Shown: piece after piece, positions 56,451-64,000 of the stretch
Layout: every line of letters starts with the position of its first letter
Numbering within the stretch: the first letter of the stretch is position 1
IMG/VR virus record: IMGVR_UViG_3300006133_000005
Span: 1-64,000 of that record
Strand: one strand, 5' to 3'
DNA length: 64,000 nt
Source: a virus
Taxonomy: Duplodnaviria; Caudoviricetes
The notes under the pieces: generated by a model
What the model was told of the DNA's origin: nothing
Seen by the model: the letters and a program-made list of their open reading frames with translations, nothing else
Databases searched by the model: none
Made by a program: the position numbers and the translations under genes

Positions 56451-56662
56451 TACTTATTAGCACCTCCTGATTTTTCTTTAGTGGACTTTGTTTCTGTAAC
56501 ATCTGTTAAAGAGACAATTCCTAATCTCTCTGCTTCAAGGAGTGCATCACTTACAAGGTCACCCTTGATAGTAACTGTCTCACCTGACTGTAAAGAGAGG
56601 TTAGTACCGTCTGAAAGAGTTACACTAAACAAATGTCCCCTGAGTTCACCTACTTTAGTCAT
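56450..56662 (-). CDS. Small hypothetical tail protein
   Basis: 70 aa, coupled to the sheath start. Confidence 0.65.
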   Translation of the reverse strand: MTKVGELRGHLFSVTLSDGTNLSLQSGETVTIKGDLVSDALLEAERLGIVSLTDVTETKSTKEKSGGANK

Positions 56663-56676
56663 AGTAAACTACCTCC

Positions 56677-57267
56677 TTAGGACTTTTTAGTTTGAATGTC
56701 AACCTCTTTTACAATGTTGACCTCGTTTAGCTTTTCAGCACTCTCTTCATCAAGCTCTGCCCAAATTCGATATGTCATTGATGTGCAATACACCCTACTA
56801 CCGTCTTTGAGTTTATCAAGCTTTCTGATATTACTGCCTTTCTGCAAACAGTGAGTATATCTTAGTACACCACCACTGTCCACAACAGGCAAGTTAAATT
56901 CTCGATTTACTTCAAACTCCCACAAAGCAGTCATGGCATTCATGTCGGTTTGAAGTGTACTCCACAAGTCAATTTGATACATTAATGAGTAGGGTACTGC
57001 TGTTCTCTCCATGTTTACTTTACCTGTTTCATAATTAAACCCTCTCGGAACTCTGAAAGGATAGTATCTAACTTCCTCTCGTCTGCTTATGTTAAGGTTA
57101 TATATAGTAACCATTGGATAGTTTTCTTTTTTGAAATCCTCATCAGCTTTCCTTACTCTGACGGGAACAGGAACTAAAAGTCCCTCACGATTTTTAAGCT
57201 GTACAACACTCTTAATGAATTTAATAAGACCTGCATCAATCTGGTCATACCAAACAGTTCCGTTCAT
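56677..57267 (-). CDS. Tail terminator (DUF4255/Pvc16-like)
   Basis: YPMVTIYNL, PYSLMYQIDLW; position before the sheath. Confidence 0.65.
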   Translation of the reverse strand: MNGTVWYDQIDAGLIKFIKSVVQLKNREGLLVPVPVRVRKADEDFKKENYPMVTIYNLNISRREEVRYYPFRVPRGFNYETGKVNMERTAVPYSLMYQIDLWSTLQTDMNAMTALWEFEVNREFNLPVVDSGGVLRYTHCLQKGSNIRKLDKLKDGSRVYCTSMTYRIWAELDEESAEKLNEVNIVKEVDIQTKKS

Positions 57268-57271
57268 TCAC

Positions 57272-57745
57272 TTAACCTCCCTTGATTAAGTCTTTCAAAC
57301 AGTTTTCCCAATGCTTTTTGATTGTGTTCTCTAACTCTTCAAAGGTGGGACGTATTAAGGGTCTTGCAGGAATGTTGGCTGTACCGTATTCAAGATAAAT
57401 CATAAGGTCACTAAACTTAAGTCCACTTGGATGTTTAGTCCATGCATCAGCACCTATAAAATAGGTTACCCCATTTTTAGGTGCTTTTACTTTTCGCACT
57501 TTCAGATTGTCTTTTAAGAAACCTGTTTCAACATAAATTGTCTCGTCACCACTTTTAAGAGATATTGTATGCTCTGATAGTGGTGTCCAATTCAAATCTT
57601 GTGCATCTATATGACCTCTTATCTTTTCAAGTATCATATCTCCGTCCTCTTTTAGCTGTGCAGAAAATGCAGGAACTATTTTAGAAGACAAAGCTTGTAA
57701 TACTATACCTGCTTTTGTCCAAGCACCAAACTTACTTATTCTCAT
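57272..57745 (-). CDS. HK97 gp10-like tail completion protein
   Basis: LEYGTANIPARPLIRP; start moved to MRISKF. Confidence 0.75.
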   Translation of the reverse strand: MRISKFGAWTKAGIVLQALSSKIVPAFSAQLKEDGDMILEKIRGHIDAQDLNWTPLSEHTISLKSGDETIYVETGFLKDNLKVRKVKAPKNGVTYFIGADAWTKHPSGLKFSDLMIYLEYGTANIPARPLIRPTFEELENTIKKHWENCLKDLIKGG

Positions 57746-57746
57746 A

Positions 57747-58205
57747 TTAATTACTCCTCTGCAATGAGTCTTTCTTTGCTTCTGTAGCGGAAAACTCAAA
57801 AAACTGCCAAATGTCGGCTACTAATGTAGAGGGTTCTACAGTATCTATTAAATACTCTGTCCCCTCATACACTAACTTTGCTTTTCTCATTTTCTCCCAA
57901 TCAGCTTCATGCAGGAAAGGTATTCCCAATGTTAAGAATTGTTTGGTTGGTACTCTGAACTTAGCTGTTCTGTCAACAGTTACTTCCTCGTCAACACCTT
58001 TTGGGTGACTGTATGTTACTTTAGCTATCAACTCATAAGGTTCAAGATACTTTTTCTTTGGAGTTTCACCATAAATATCATCTACTTCTGTGTCCTCCTC
58101 ATCTAAAAAGTAAAGAAACAAGTGGTTGCAAAGTAAAGTACTATACACCTCTTCGATACCGTCAAGGAATGCTTGTTGTATGTCATTGTTAGGTTCATAA
58201 GCCAT
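57747..58205 (-). CDS. Head closure / neck protein
   Basis: Position; YEGTEY.I. Confidence 0.5.
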   Translation of the reverse strand: MAYEPNNDIQQAFLDGIEEVYSTLLCNHLFLYFLDEEDTEVDDIYGETPKKKYLEPYELIAKVTYSHPKGVDEEVTVDRTAKFRVPTKQFLTLGIPFLHEADWEKMRKAKLVYEGTEYLIDTVEPSTLVADIWQFFEFSATEAKKDSLQRSN

Positions 58206-59050
58206 TACTCATCACCGCCCTCATCAGGTTTAGTGATTTCTATGTCAGTTGGCTCACATGTAGGTTCTTCACTCTCTTCATCAAAAGGCCCTGTCTCTAT
58301 TTCAGACTGTGCATACCCACAAAGAGTTGCCATATTAGTTGCTTGCACCGCTATATAGTACTTAGTCTTTTCTGCAAGACCTGTTACTCGGCAATGTACT
58401 TGGTGAATGTCTTTTATTTCAGCAACCATTTTAGCACCGTCAGCTATGTGAGACTTCAAATTAAACAAGTCTACAATAGGCTCTGTAGATATATAGACTT
58501 TATAACGGTAAAAACGACTTATGTTTTTCACACTCCACCAAAACTCTACTGAGTTTTCAGTGATAGTACCAACATAAAGAGTTACTTTAGGGACTGCGGC
58601 ATTCTCATAGTTATATCGAGTACCATAACGGTCACTCAATGTCACACTATAAGACTTAACTGTTCCTATTCCGTCTTCTCCACCGTTTTCTAACCAGTCA
58701 CCATACTCTTTGTCTGCTTGTGCTATCAACTTCATGTAGTGGTCGAATCTCTGTGACCGCTTCAAGTAGTTATTGTTATCAGCACCCATGTCAAACAGCG
58801 GAGCTTCTTTGACTGCAAGAGTGTAGTATAACTCTTTCTTTGCCAGAATAATGACACCATAAACAGCATCTTCCGGCAAGTACTTAAGTGAGGGAGTATC
58901 AGAATAGTTCCTTGACATGGCAAGATTTAAATAGAGCAATAAGTCCTCATCAGTCATACACAAATACTGTGGGTCTTGCACTGTTATCTTGTCCTTGTCT
59001 TGAACATAAACTGATATTCTTAAAAACTGTATCATTTGCTCAACCGTCAT
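58205..59050 (-). CDS. Head-tail adaptor with C-terminal fibronectin type III domain
   Basis: PKVT...W....YKVY...VTGL..KTKYYIAVQA. Confidence 0.6.
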   Translation of the reverse strand: MTVEQMIQFLRISVYVQDKDKITVQDPQYLCMTDEDLLLYLNLAMSRNYSDTPSLKYLPEDAVYGVIILAKKELYYTLAVKEAPLFDMGADNNNYLKRSQRFDHYMKLIAQADKEYGDWLENGGEDGIGTVKSYSVTLSDRYGTRYNYENAAVPKVTLYVGTITENSVEFWWSVKNISRFYRYKVYISTEPIVDLFNLKSHIADGAKMVAEIKDIHQVHCRVTGLAEKTKYYIAVQATNMATLCGYAQSEIETGPFDEESEEPTCEPTDIEITKPDEGGDE

Positions 59051-59069
59051 AGTTGAGAACACCTCCTGT

Positions 59070-59396
59070 TTACAGGGGTTTCAAAAGACCTGACTTATTG
59101 AGAATGTCCTTTACTTCCTGTGGGACTACTATCTGTACTCCCTTTTTCAGAAAGTATCTTGTACCTCCGATACAGCAGGTGTGGTTAGTGTTAGGGAGAA
59201 TTTTTACGTTCTTCACCGCAGGCTTCTGTTCAATTGTCTCATTAACAGTTACCTCATCTACACCCTCAACGGAGTTTTCAACAGGATTTTCAACACCCTC
59301 TGTTTCGCTGACATTTGTAGTTACTTCTTCCTCTGGTGTGGAAGTTTCCATAATAGTTGCACCATTAGTCTTAGGCTTAAACTTACCTGTAGCCAT
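59070..59396 (-). CDS. Hypothetical head-associated protein
   Basis: Acidic low-complexity N-terminus; follows the capsid gene. Confidence 0.6.
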   Translation of the reverse strand: MATGKFKPKTNGATIMETSTPEEEVTTNVSETEGVENPVENSVEGVDEVTVNETIEQKPAVKNVKILPNTNHTCCIGGTRYFLKKGVQIVVPQEVKDILNKSGLLKPL

Positions 59397-59443
59397 AATT
59401 CTACTCTCCTTTCTACATTATTACTTCTGAGATATTTTACGGT

Positions 59444-60493
59444 TTAGGCAGTAACGATTACAACACCGTACTCATCATGGAGCTTACCTACACCAAAGAT
59501 AGAGTACCACGCAAGACTTCTCTTTCTGCCGAAGTCTTCAACACCGTTATCACGAAGCTCAACAGGAAGACCATATGCAATGCCGTAATAAGCATCACCG
59601 AAAAGAACAGCTTTATACTTATTAACATCACCCTTTAACTCCTCATCATATGCAGGGTCGTCTTCTGGAGCGGCACCATTACACATAAGAGTTGTTTCAA
59701 TAAAGCGGCAGTCGTCAATTCTTCCGATTTCACCTGTAAAGAGCTGTTCGGGTGCGCCATAGTTAGAAGCATTAACCCAAGCTGGGTCGTCACGCAGAGT
59801 TCTTGACTGGTGAGGATGAACAAAGCAAACCCAATAAGTACCACCGACAGCTTTAGGGGCATTGTTTGTAGAAAGAATTTCGATAGCATCTTTAATTGTA
59901 GACACCTTAAGAATAGATGTAGCATCAAGACCTGCCATAGTAGTATTCTTAGTACCGTCAGACTTAGAAGCATAAACAATATTTGTACCAGACAGAGCCG
60001 CATCCCTTAACTCACAGTCAACAACCTGTGCATAGTCACGACCAAGAAGTGTTGTAGCAGAAGCCAGTACATCATCAAAAGAAGTCTGTACAAGCAATTC
60101 ACTTACAGAAACAGCGTTACCATACTCAGTAACAGTGAGCTGTTTTGCAGAACCGCTAAGAGCCTGTGTAACCATAGACTTAGCTTCTTCAAGCTTGCCG
60201 CCGAGTGTAAGGTTGTTATATGTAAGCATAGAAATAGTCATACCCGGTTCTGTGCCGAGTTCAGTCTTTGTAGTAGCAAACTGCATAAATCGCATATTAG
60301 GGAGAGCCTTAAACTCAATCTCCTTAGAGTAAACAGTTCTGATTCCCTCTGTGAACTGAGTACCGCCGTTTGTCTTCCCTAATTCAGTAGCAACGCTTAA
60401 ATTGGGTGCGTAGACTGTACCTCCGGAATTGGTTTCTGCATGAGCAGTCGTAAACAAACAACTTAAAAATGTCTTAATAAACTTCTTATTCAT
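59444..60493 (-). CDS. Major capsid protein (N4-gp56 family) with AHA leader
   Basis: EYGNAV, FVHPHQ..LRDD, GEIG..DD.RFIET, DFGR...AWY...G. Confidence 0.92.
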   Translation of the reverse strand: MNKKFIKTFLSCLFTTAHAETNSGGTVYAPNLSVATELGKTNGGTQFTEGIRTVYSKEIEFKALPNMRFMQFATTKTELGTEPGMTISMLTYNNLTLGGKLEEAKSMVTQALSGSAKQLTVTEYGNAVSVSELLVQTSFDDVLASATTLLGRDYAQVVDCELRDAALSGTNIVYASKSDGTKNTTMAGLDATSILKVSTIKDAIEILSTNNAPKAVGGTYWVCFVHPHQSRTLRDDPAWVNASNYGAPEQLFTGEIGRIDDCRFIETTLMCNGAAPEDDPAYDEELKGDVNKYKAVLFGDAYYGIAYGLPVELRDNGVEDFGRKRSLAWYSIFGVGKLHDEYGVVIVTA

Positions 60494-60535
60494 TTTATAA
60501 ATTCCTCCATTTATATAGTATTAAATGCTCAAGTC

Positions 60536-61354
60536 TTACTTAAGACCTAAACTCTTGCGAAACTCCTTGTACTCGTCAGAAGCAGGGTCAAGATTTCTCA
60601 CATACTCAGCATCAAATCGTCCTGTATCTGTTCCTGCATTTTCTGTAGGATTCATAACAGGGGGCTTCTTTACTGTAGGCTTAGCGGCAGTTCCTTTATT
60701 GTGCGAACCACCAACAGGGTTTCCGTTATCATCAACAAGACCAAGTTCTTTCTTAATTGAAAGGGACTTCTCTTTTGCCTTTGCTACAGAAGCATCAATT
60801 TCTTCTTTGGTACTGCCTATAATGTCGTCAAGGAAAGATGTAAGTACAGTCTCTTTATTAGCCGCTTTCTGTTCTGCAAGATAAGACTTAACTTCATACT
60901 CCTTTTCAATCTCTGCCCTTAAAGCCTCAACATTGGGAGTTTCCTTTTTCAGCTTTTCATTTTCAGCAATAAGTACATCAATCTGTGCATTGAGTTTCTT
61001 CACTTCCTCTGTGGTAATAGCACCACTCTTGTAAGAGTCAATCTCCGCAGTTAAAGTATTGACAGTCTGTGTCAAGTCCCCAATCTTAATGAGGTTGTCA
61101 TTACCTGTCTTAACAAGCTTTGCGTTATCCTCTTCAAGCTTCTTGATACGAGGGTAAAGCTTTTCTTTCTCCTCCTTACGAGCCTGTGCTATAAGCTGTT
61201 CATAATTAATCTGAGGTGTTGCAGTACCACCACTGTTTCCATCATCTGGAACAGGGTCCACCTCATCAGCGTGTACATTCATACACAAGAAAGATAATGC
61301 TTTACTCAATACACTTAATTTCTTTTCTGCTATAATACCTCTTAAATTACTCAT
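60536..61354 (-). CDS. Capsid scaffolding protein with VHA leader
   Basis: Coiled coil, EKEKLY motif; lies between portal and capsid. Confidence 0.8.
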   Translation of the reverse strand: MSNLRGIIAEKKLSVLSKALSFLCMNVHADEVDPVPDDGNSGGTATPQINYEQLIAQARKEEKEKLYPRIKKLEEDNAKLVKTGNDNLIKIGDLTQTVNTLTAEIDSYKSGAITTEEVKKLNAQIDVLIAENEKLKKETPNVEALRAEIEKEYEVKSYLAEQKAANKETVLTSFLDDIIGSTKEEIDASVAKAKEKSLSIKKELGLVDDNGNPVGGSHNKGTAAKPTVKKPPVMNPTENAGTDTGRFDAEYVRNLDPASDEYKEFRKSLGLK

Positions 61355-61391
61355 TATATTCTACCTCCATAAAAGTTTAATCTACATAACT

Positions 61392-61420
61392 ATTATAATG
61401 CATAAAAACTGATTTGTAAA
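61392..61420 (-). promoter_or_regulatory. Sigma-A promoter for the scaffold-capsid operon
   Basis: TTTACA-17bp-TATAAT. Confidence 0.75.
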
Positions 61421-61451
61421 GAGGGTAAACGATTTTTATGAAAATATTAAA

Positions 61452-62981
61452 TTACTGTTTGGGATTTTCAACGTTTGCCCCATTAGTTTCTATGTTCATT
61501 TGCTCTTGTGGTGTTTGACCATTCAAGAAACCACTATTTAACTGTGGCTGTTCGATTCCATAGATAGTTGGATTCTTTTCTCTGTCCTCATCTATCTCTT
61601 TAATTTTATTCTCAATGTCTTCACGACCCATTCTCTTTAATGCGCCAATTCTACTTTCAAGTCCTACTTGAAGTTCCTGCTGTAACTGCTGTAATTCGAG
61701 TAAGGTGTCCTTTGGGAGAGTGTCAGGAAGTGAAACCTCTGTGTGTACAAAATCCCTCATTGGTACAGTATCAGACTTAGTAATAAGACCCTCTAACAGT
61801 GAAACAAGTATAATAAGCTCATTAAGTCTTTCAAGACCGTCCTCTGTAGACTGTCTCTTTACCCTTGTCTTTTCGATAAGTGGTAAATTCATGTACTGTA
61901 GTGCAACACCACTTGTATTACTTATAGACTTTGCACCACCTAAAACAGTCTCAGGTATTCCTCCTATCTCGCACATTTCAAGCTTAAGAGCCTCAAGGTA
62001 GCTATTACTTGCGGCTAAATCACCGTTCAATTCAAGGTTCTGCACTTTTGCATCTTTAGGAAGTCCTCCCCAAAGCTTATTAGCTCCTTTTTCAAGATTT
62101 CCTATTTTAGCACCAAATACAAGAGTAACAGGTGCGGCATGATAGTCCAGTATTTCACTTACATTAGACTTTTTAAGGTTATACTCCACATTCATAGGGA
62201 TAATGTTCTCAATGTCACTAACTCCCTCGTTACGTCCTGCAAGAATAAAATTCTTTACTTGAATAAACGGAATAACACCATACTTATTAACAACTGTCTC
62301 AGGCTCTTTATTACCCTCATAAGTAGTTACACTGTCTTTAGTCCACACTTGCTTATAAGTCTTAAGTACTCTCCTTGACTTAGAATGTAAAAGACCATAC
62401 TCTTCGAGTTCATAGTACTGATAGACTATAGACAGCTTTCTTAATACACCTCTCTGGTGTGGGTCAAACTCAGGGAACACTACACTGGTAGGTTGTACTA
62501 AAAGTTTAATTCGTCCGTCAGGGTATTTACCATAAGGGTCGTCACCGTCAAGTTCTTCTGGTGAGTAGTATCTTACTTGTACCCAAGCTTCACCTGTAAC
62601 GGACTTCATTTGACCTAATTCAGTAGTGAAGATATACTGACTATTATCTTCCCAAACATCTTCAAGATACTCAAATAAAGTTCTTCCGTCATTTGTAACG
62701 GTTGTGTCTGAAAGGTCTTTATAAACTGTAAAAGTAAATCCTTTACCCAACTCAAAAGCTACAAACTTATTTACAAAAGCCGCACAGTAGTTTACTGTCA
62801 CTTCTGGTGAATCTACATCAGGCATTTCTTCCCAATGATAACCCTCGTAGAAATTCCAAAATCTCTTACACTTAGTAAGTCTTTTGAGTTGTTGGTCGTC
62901 CAAGTCATTGGAAAGCTGTGTAACAGTAGCACCTATATCAATAAAGTCTCTTACATCACGTTTTCTTTCAAAACCTAACAT
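61452..62981 (-). CDS. Portal protein
   Basis: 509 aa after terminase; NFYEG, GVIPF, G.SDI, SGVAL. Confidence 0.88.
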   Translation of the reverse strand: MLGFERKRDVRDFIDIGATVTQLSNDLDDQQLKRLTKCKRFWNFYEGYHWEEMPDVDSPEVTVNYCAAFVNKFVAFELGKGFTFTVYKDLSDTTVTNDGRTLFEYLEDVWEDNSQYIFTTELGQMKSVTGEAWVQVRYYSPEELDGDDPYGKYPDGRIKLLVQPTSVVFPEFDPHQRGVLRKLSIVYQYYELEEYGLLHSKSRRVLKTYKQVWTKDSVTTYEGNKEPETVVNKYGVIPFIQVKNFILAGRNEGVSDIENIIPMNVEYNLKKSNVSEILDYHAAPVTLVFGAKIGNLEKGANKLWGGLPKDAKVQNLELNGDLAASNSYLEALKLEMCEIGGIPETVLGGAKSISNTSGVALQYMNLPLIEKTRVKRQSTEDGLERLNELIILVSLLEGLITKSDTVPMRDFVHTEVSLPDTLPKDTLLELQQLQQELQVGLESRIGALKRMGREDIENKIKEIDEDREKNPTIYGIEQPQLNSGFLNGQTPQEQMNIETNGANVENPKQ

Positions 62982-62985
62982 ATAC

Positions 62986-63999
62986 TCATCTCCTTTTAGC
63001 AGTAATTCTATTCCTCATAAGCACTTGCTTATTTTGGTTTCTACTTCTTGCAGTAAACTTATTTCTAACCGTTTCAGTATTGTTTACTTCTGTTGCAAAA
63101 CTTGTACCCCAAACAGCTAATGCCCAACTGTCTGGGTAATCGTCATGGGCATTTTTTTCATCAGGATGTGATACAACCATATTAGCACCACTCCAACCTT
63201 TTTGAAGCTCCCCTAACTGCTCTAAAAAGTCCTTATACTCTCTTGTCTCAACAGTATTAGGACCTGCGCATACTCTTGCTCTTCCTGCGACAATCTCTCT
63301 ACTTAAATGCTTATATAACTCCGACTTTGATTTTGGCGTAAAGATATAGGGTATTACCTCACAACTCAAATTAGCTCTAAGCCTGTGAGATAAAGAAGCC
63401 TCCCTTGTTGCATCACACACAACTCTTGCTAACAAGAAATGACTTAAATAGTCCATTATCTGTGGGTATTGCTCTTCATAGTCTGGCTCATTGGATATAC
63501 ACAACCAGTCTTTTATGTAGGAGTTATAGGCAGTGTATGTCTCCTCTTCATTATCTTCATTTGTAAAAGACTCAAGAATAACAGGCATATTCCAGTTCGT
63601 TTCAACCATAGTAATAACAGTATCGTCACCCTTACCTCCCACGTCTATTCCTGCAACATGGGTAGCACTTCTGTCATACAAAGACCTTTCAAGTAAAGGC
63701 TCTGTATTCTCCTGCTCGAACTTCTCAATGTCAACAAACATACCTCTTTCAATAATCCATTCAAGACAATAAGACATTCTAAATTCATCAGACTTCTCTC
63801 CCAGTCTCTTCTTCTCTTTTTCCACATATTTAGCATACTTAGGGTTATACTTAGCGGCAATAGTCCAGTCATACTCAAAGTGATTTCGTATGTGTGACTT
63901 TCTCGTCATTGCTTCCGCTTTATTTCTCTGAATAGCATCATAAAAATCTCCTTTAAAAGTAGTTGCTGTCCCGATTTTTACAATAGTAGCATTATAAGC
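62986..63999 (-). CDS. terL: Terminase large subunit, 5' end beyond the window
   Basis: Frame open to the window edge (IVKIGT); AGIDVG, HDDYPDS nuclease motifs. Confidence 0.9.
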   Translation of the reverse strand, partial: AYNATIVKIGTATTFKGDFYDAIQRNKAEAMTRKSHIRNHFEYDWTIAAKYNPKYAKYVEKEKKRLGEKSDEFRMSYCLEWIIERGMFVDIEKFEQENTEPLLERSLYDRSATHVAGIDVGGKGDDTVITMVETNWNMPVILESFTNEDNEEETYTAYNSYIKDWLCISNEPDYEEQYPQIMDYLSHFLLARVVCDATREASLSHRLRANLSCEVIPYIFTPKSKSELYKHLSREIVAGRARVCAGPNTVETREYKDFLEQLGELQKGWSGANMVVSHPDEKNAHDDYPDSWALAVWGTSFATEVNNTETVRNKFTARSRNQNKQVLMRNRITAKRR

Positions 64000-64000
64000 C

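Noticed and set aside
10700-60520. T4-like TAAATA late-promoter motif upstream of the capsid and small peptides
   Set aside because: The matches are short, variable and expected by chance in AT-rich spacers.
611-63772. The many plus-strand ORFs in the track (e.g. 3742-4401, 47448-47957, 53724-54395)
   Set aside because: They are antisense shadows of well-supported minus-strand genes and lack RBSs or motifs.
1-64000. Stop-codon reassignment
   Set aside because: Conserved genes are full length under the standard bacterial code and abut each other normally.
1-64000. Prophage or lysogeny module, tRNA genes
   Set aside because: No integrase, CI-like repressor, host genes or cloverleaf sequences were recognised by eye; absence holds for this window only.

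Overview
A 64-kb segment of a large, AT-rich tailed phage (contractile-tailed myovirus). Its host is probably an anaerobic spore-forming Firmicute (Clostridia), inferred from sigma-A-type promoters, strong GGAGG RBSs, nrdDG, spoVS and a GH25 lysin. Almost every gene is on the minus strand. In transcription order (right to left): large terminase (truncated by the window edge), portal, scaffold, N4-gp56-type major capsid, neck, an eCIS/Afp-like sheath-tube-baseplate tail, tape measure, a 1410-aa tail fibre, lysis genes, a replication/recombination block (SF2 helicase, DnaC-like loader, DnaB, MTase, primase, SSB, PolA, RecA, Cas4-like nuclease, UvrD), dcd, thyX, a Holliday resolvase, a signal peptidase I-like protease, spoVS, a 7-deazaguanine DNA-modification cluster (queD, queE, queC fused to a radical SAM domain, folE, DpdA/TGT-like), nrdDG, and a hairpin-rich non-coding region. 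No integrase, repressor, tRNA or CRISPR array was recognised in the window. Top candidate for a new system: a shared N-terminal leader ending in [VAT]-H-A on the major capsid, scaffold, tail tube and two Arg/Gly-rich peptides, together with a phage-encoded S26 signal peptidase and no recognisable prohead protease. Second candidate: the QueC-radical SAM/SPASM fusion. All protein assignments come from motif recognition only; no searches were run.
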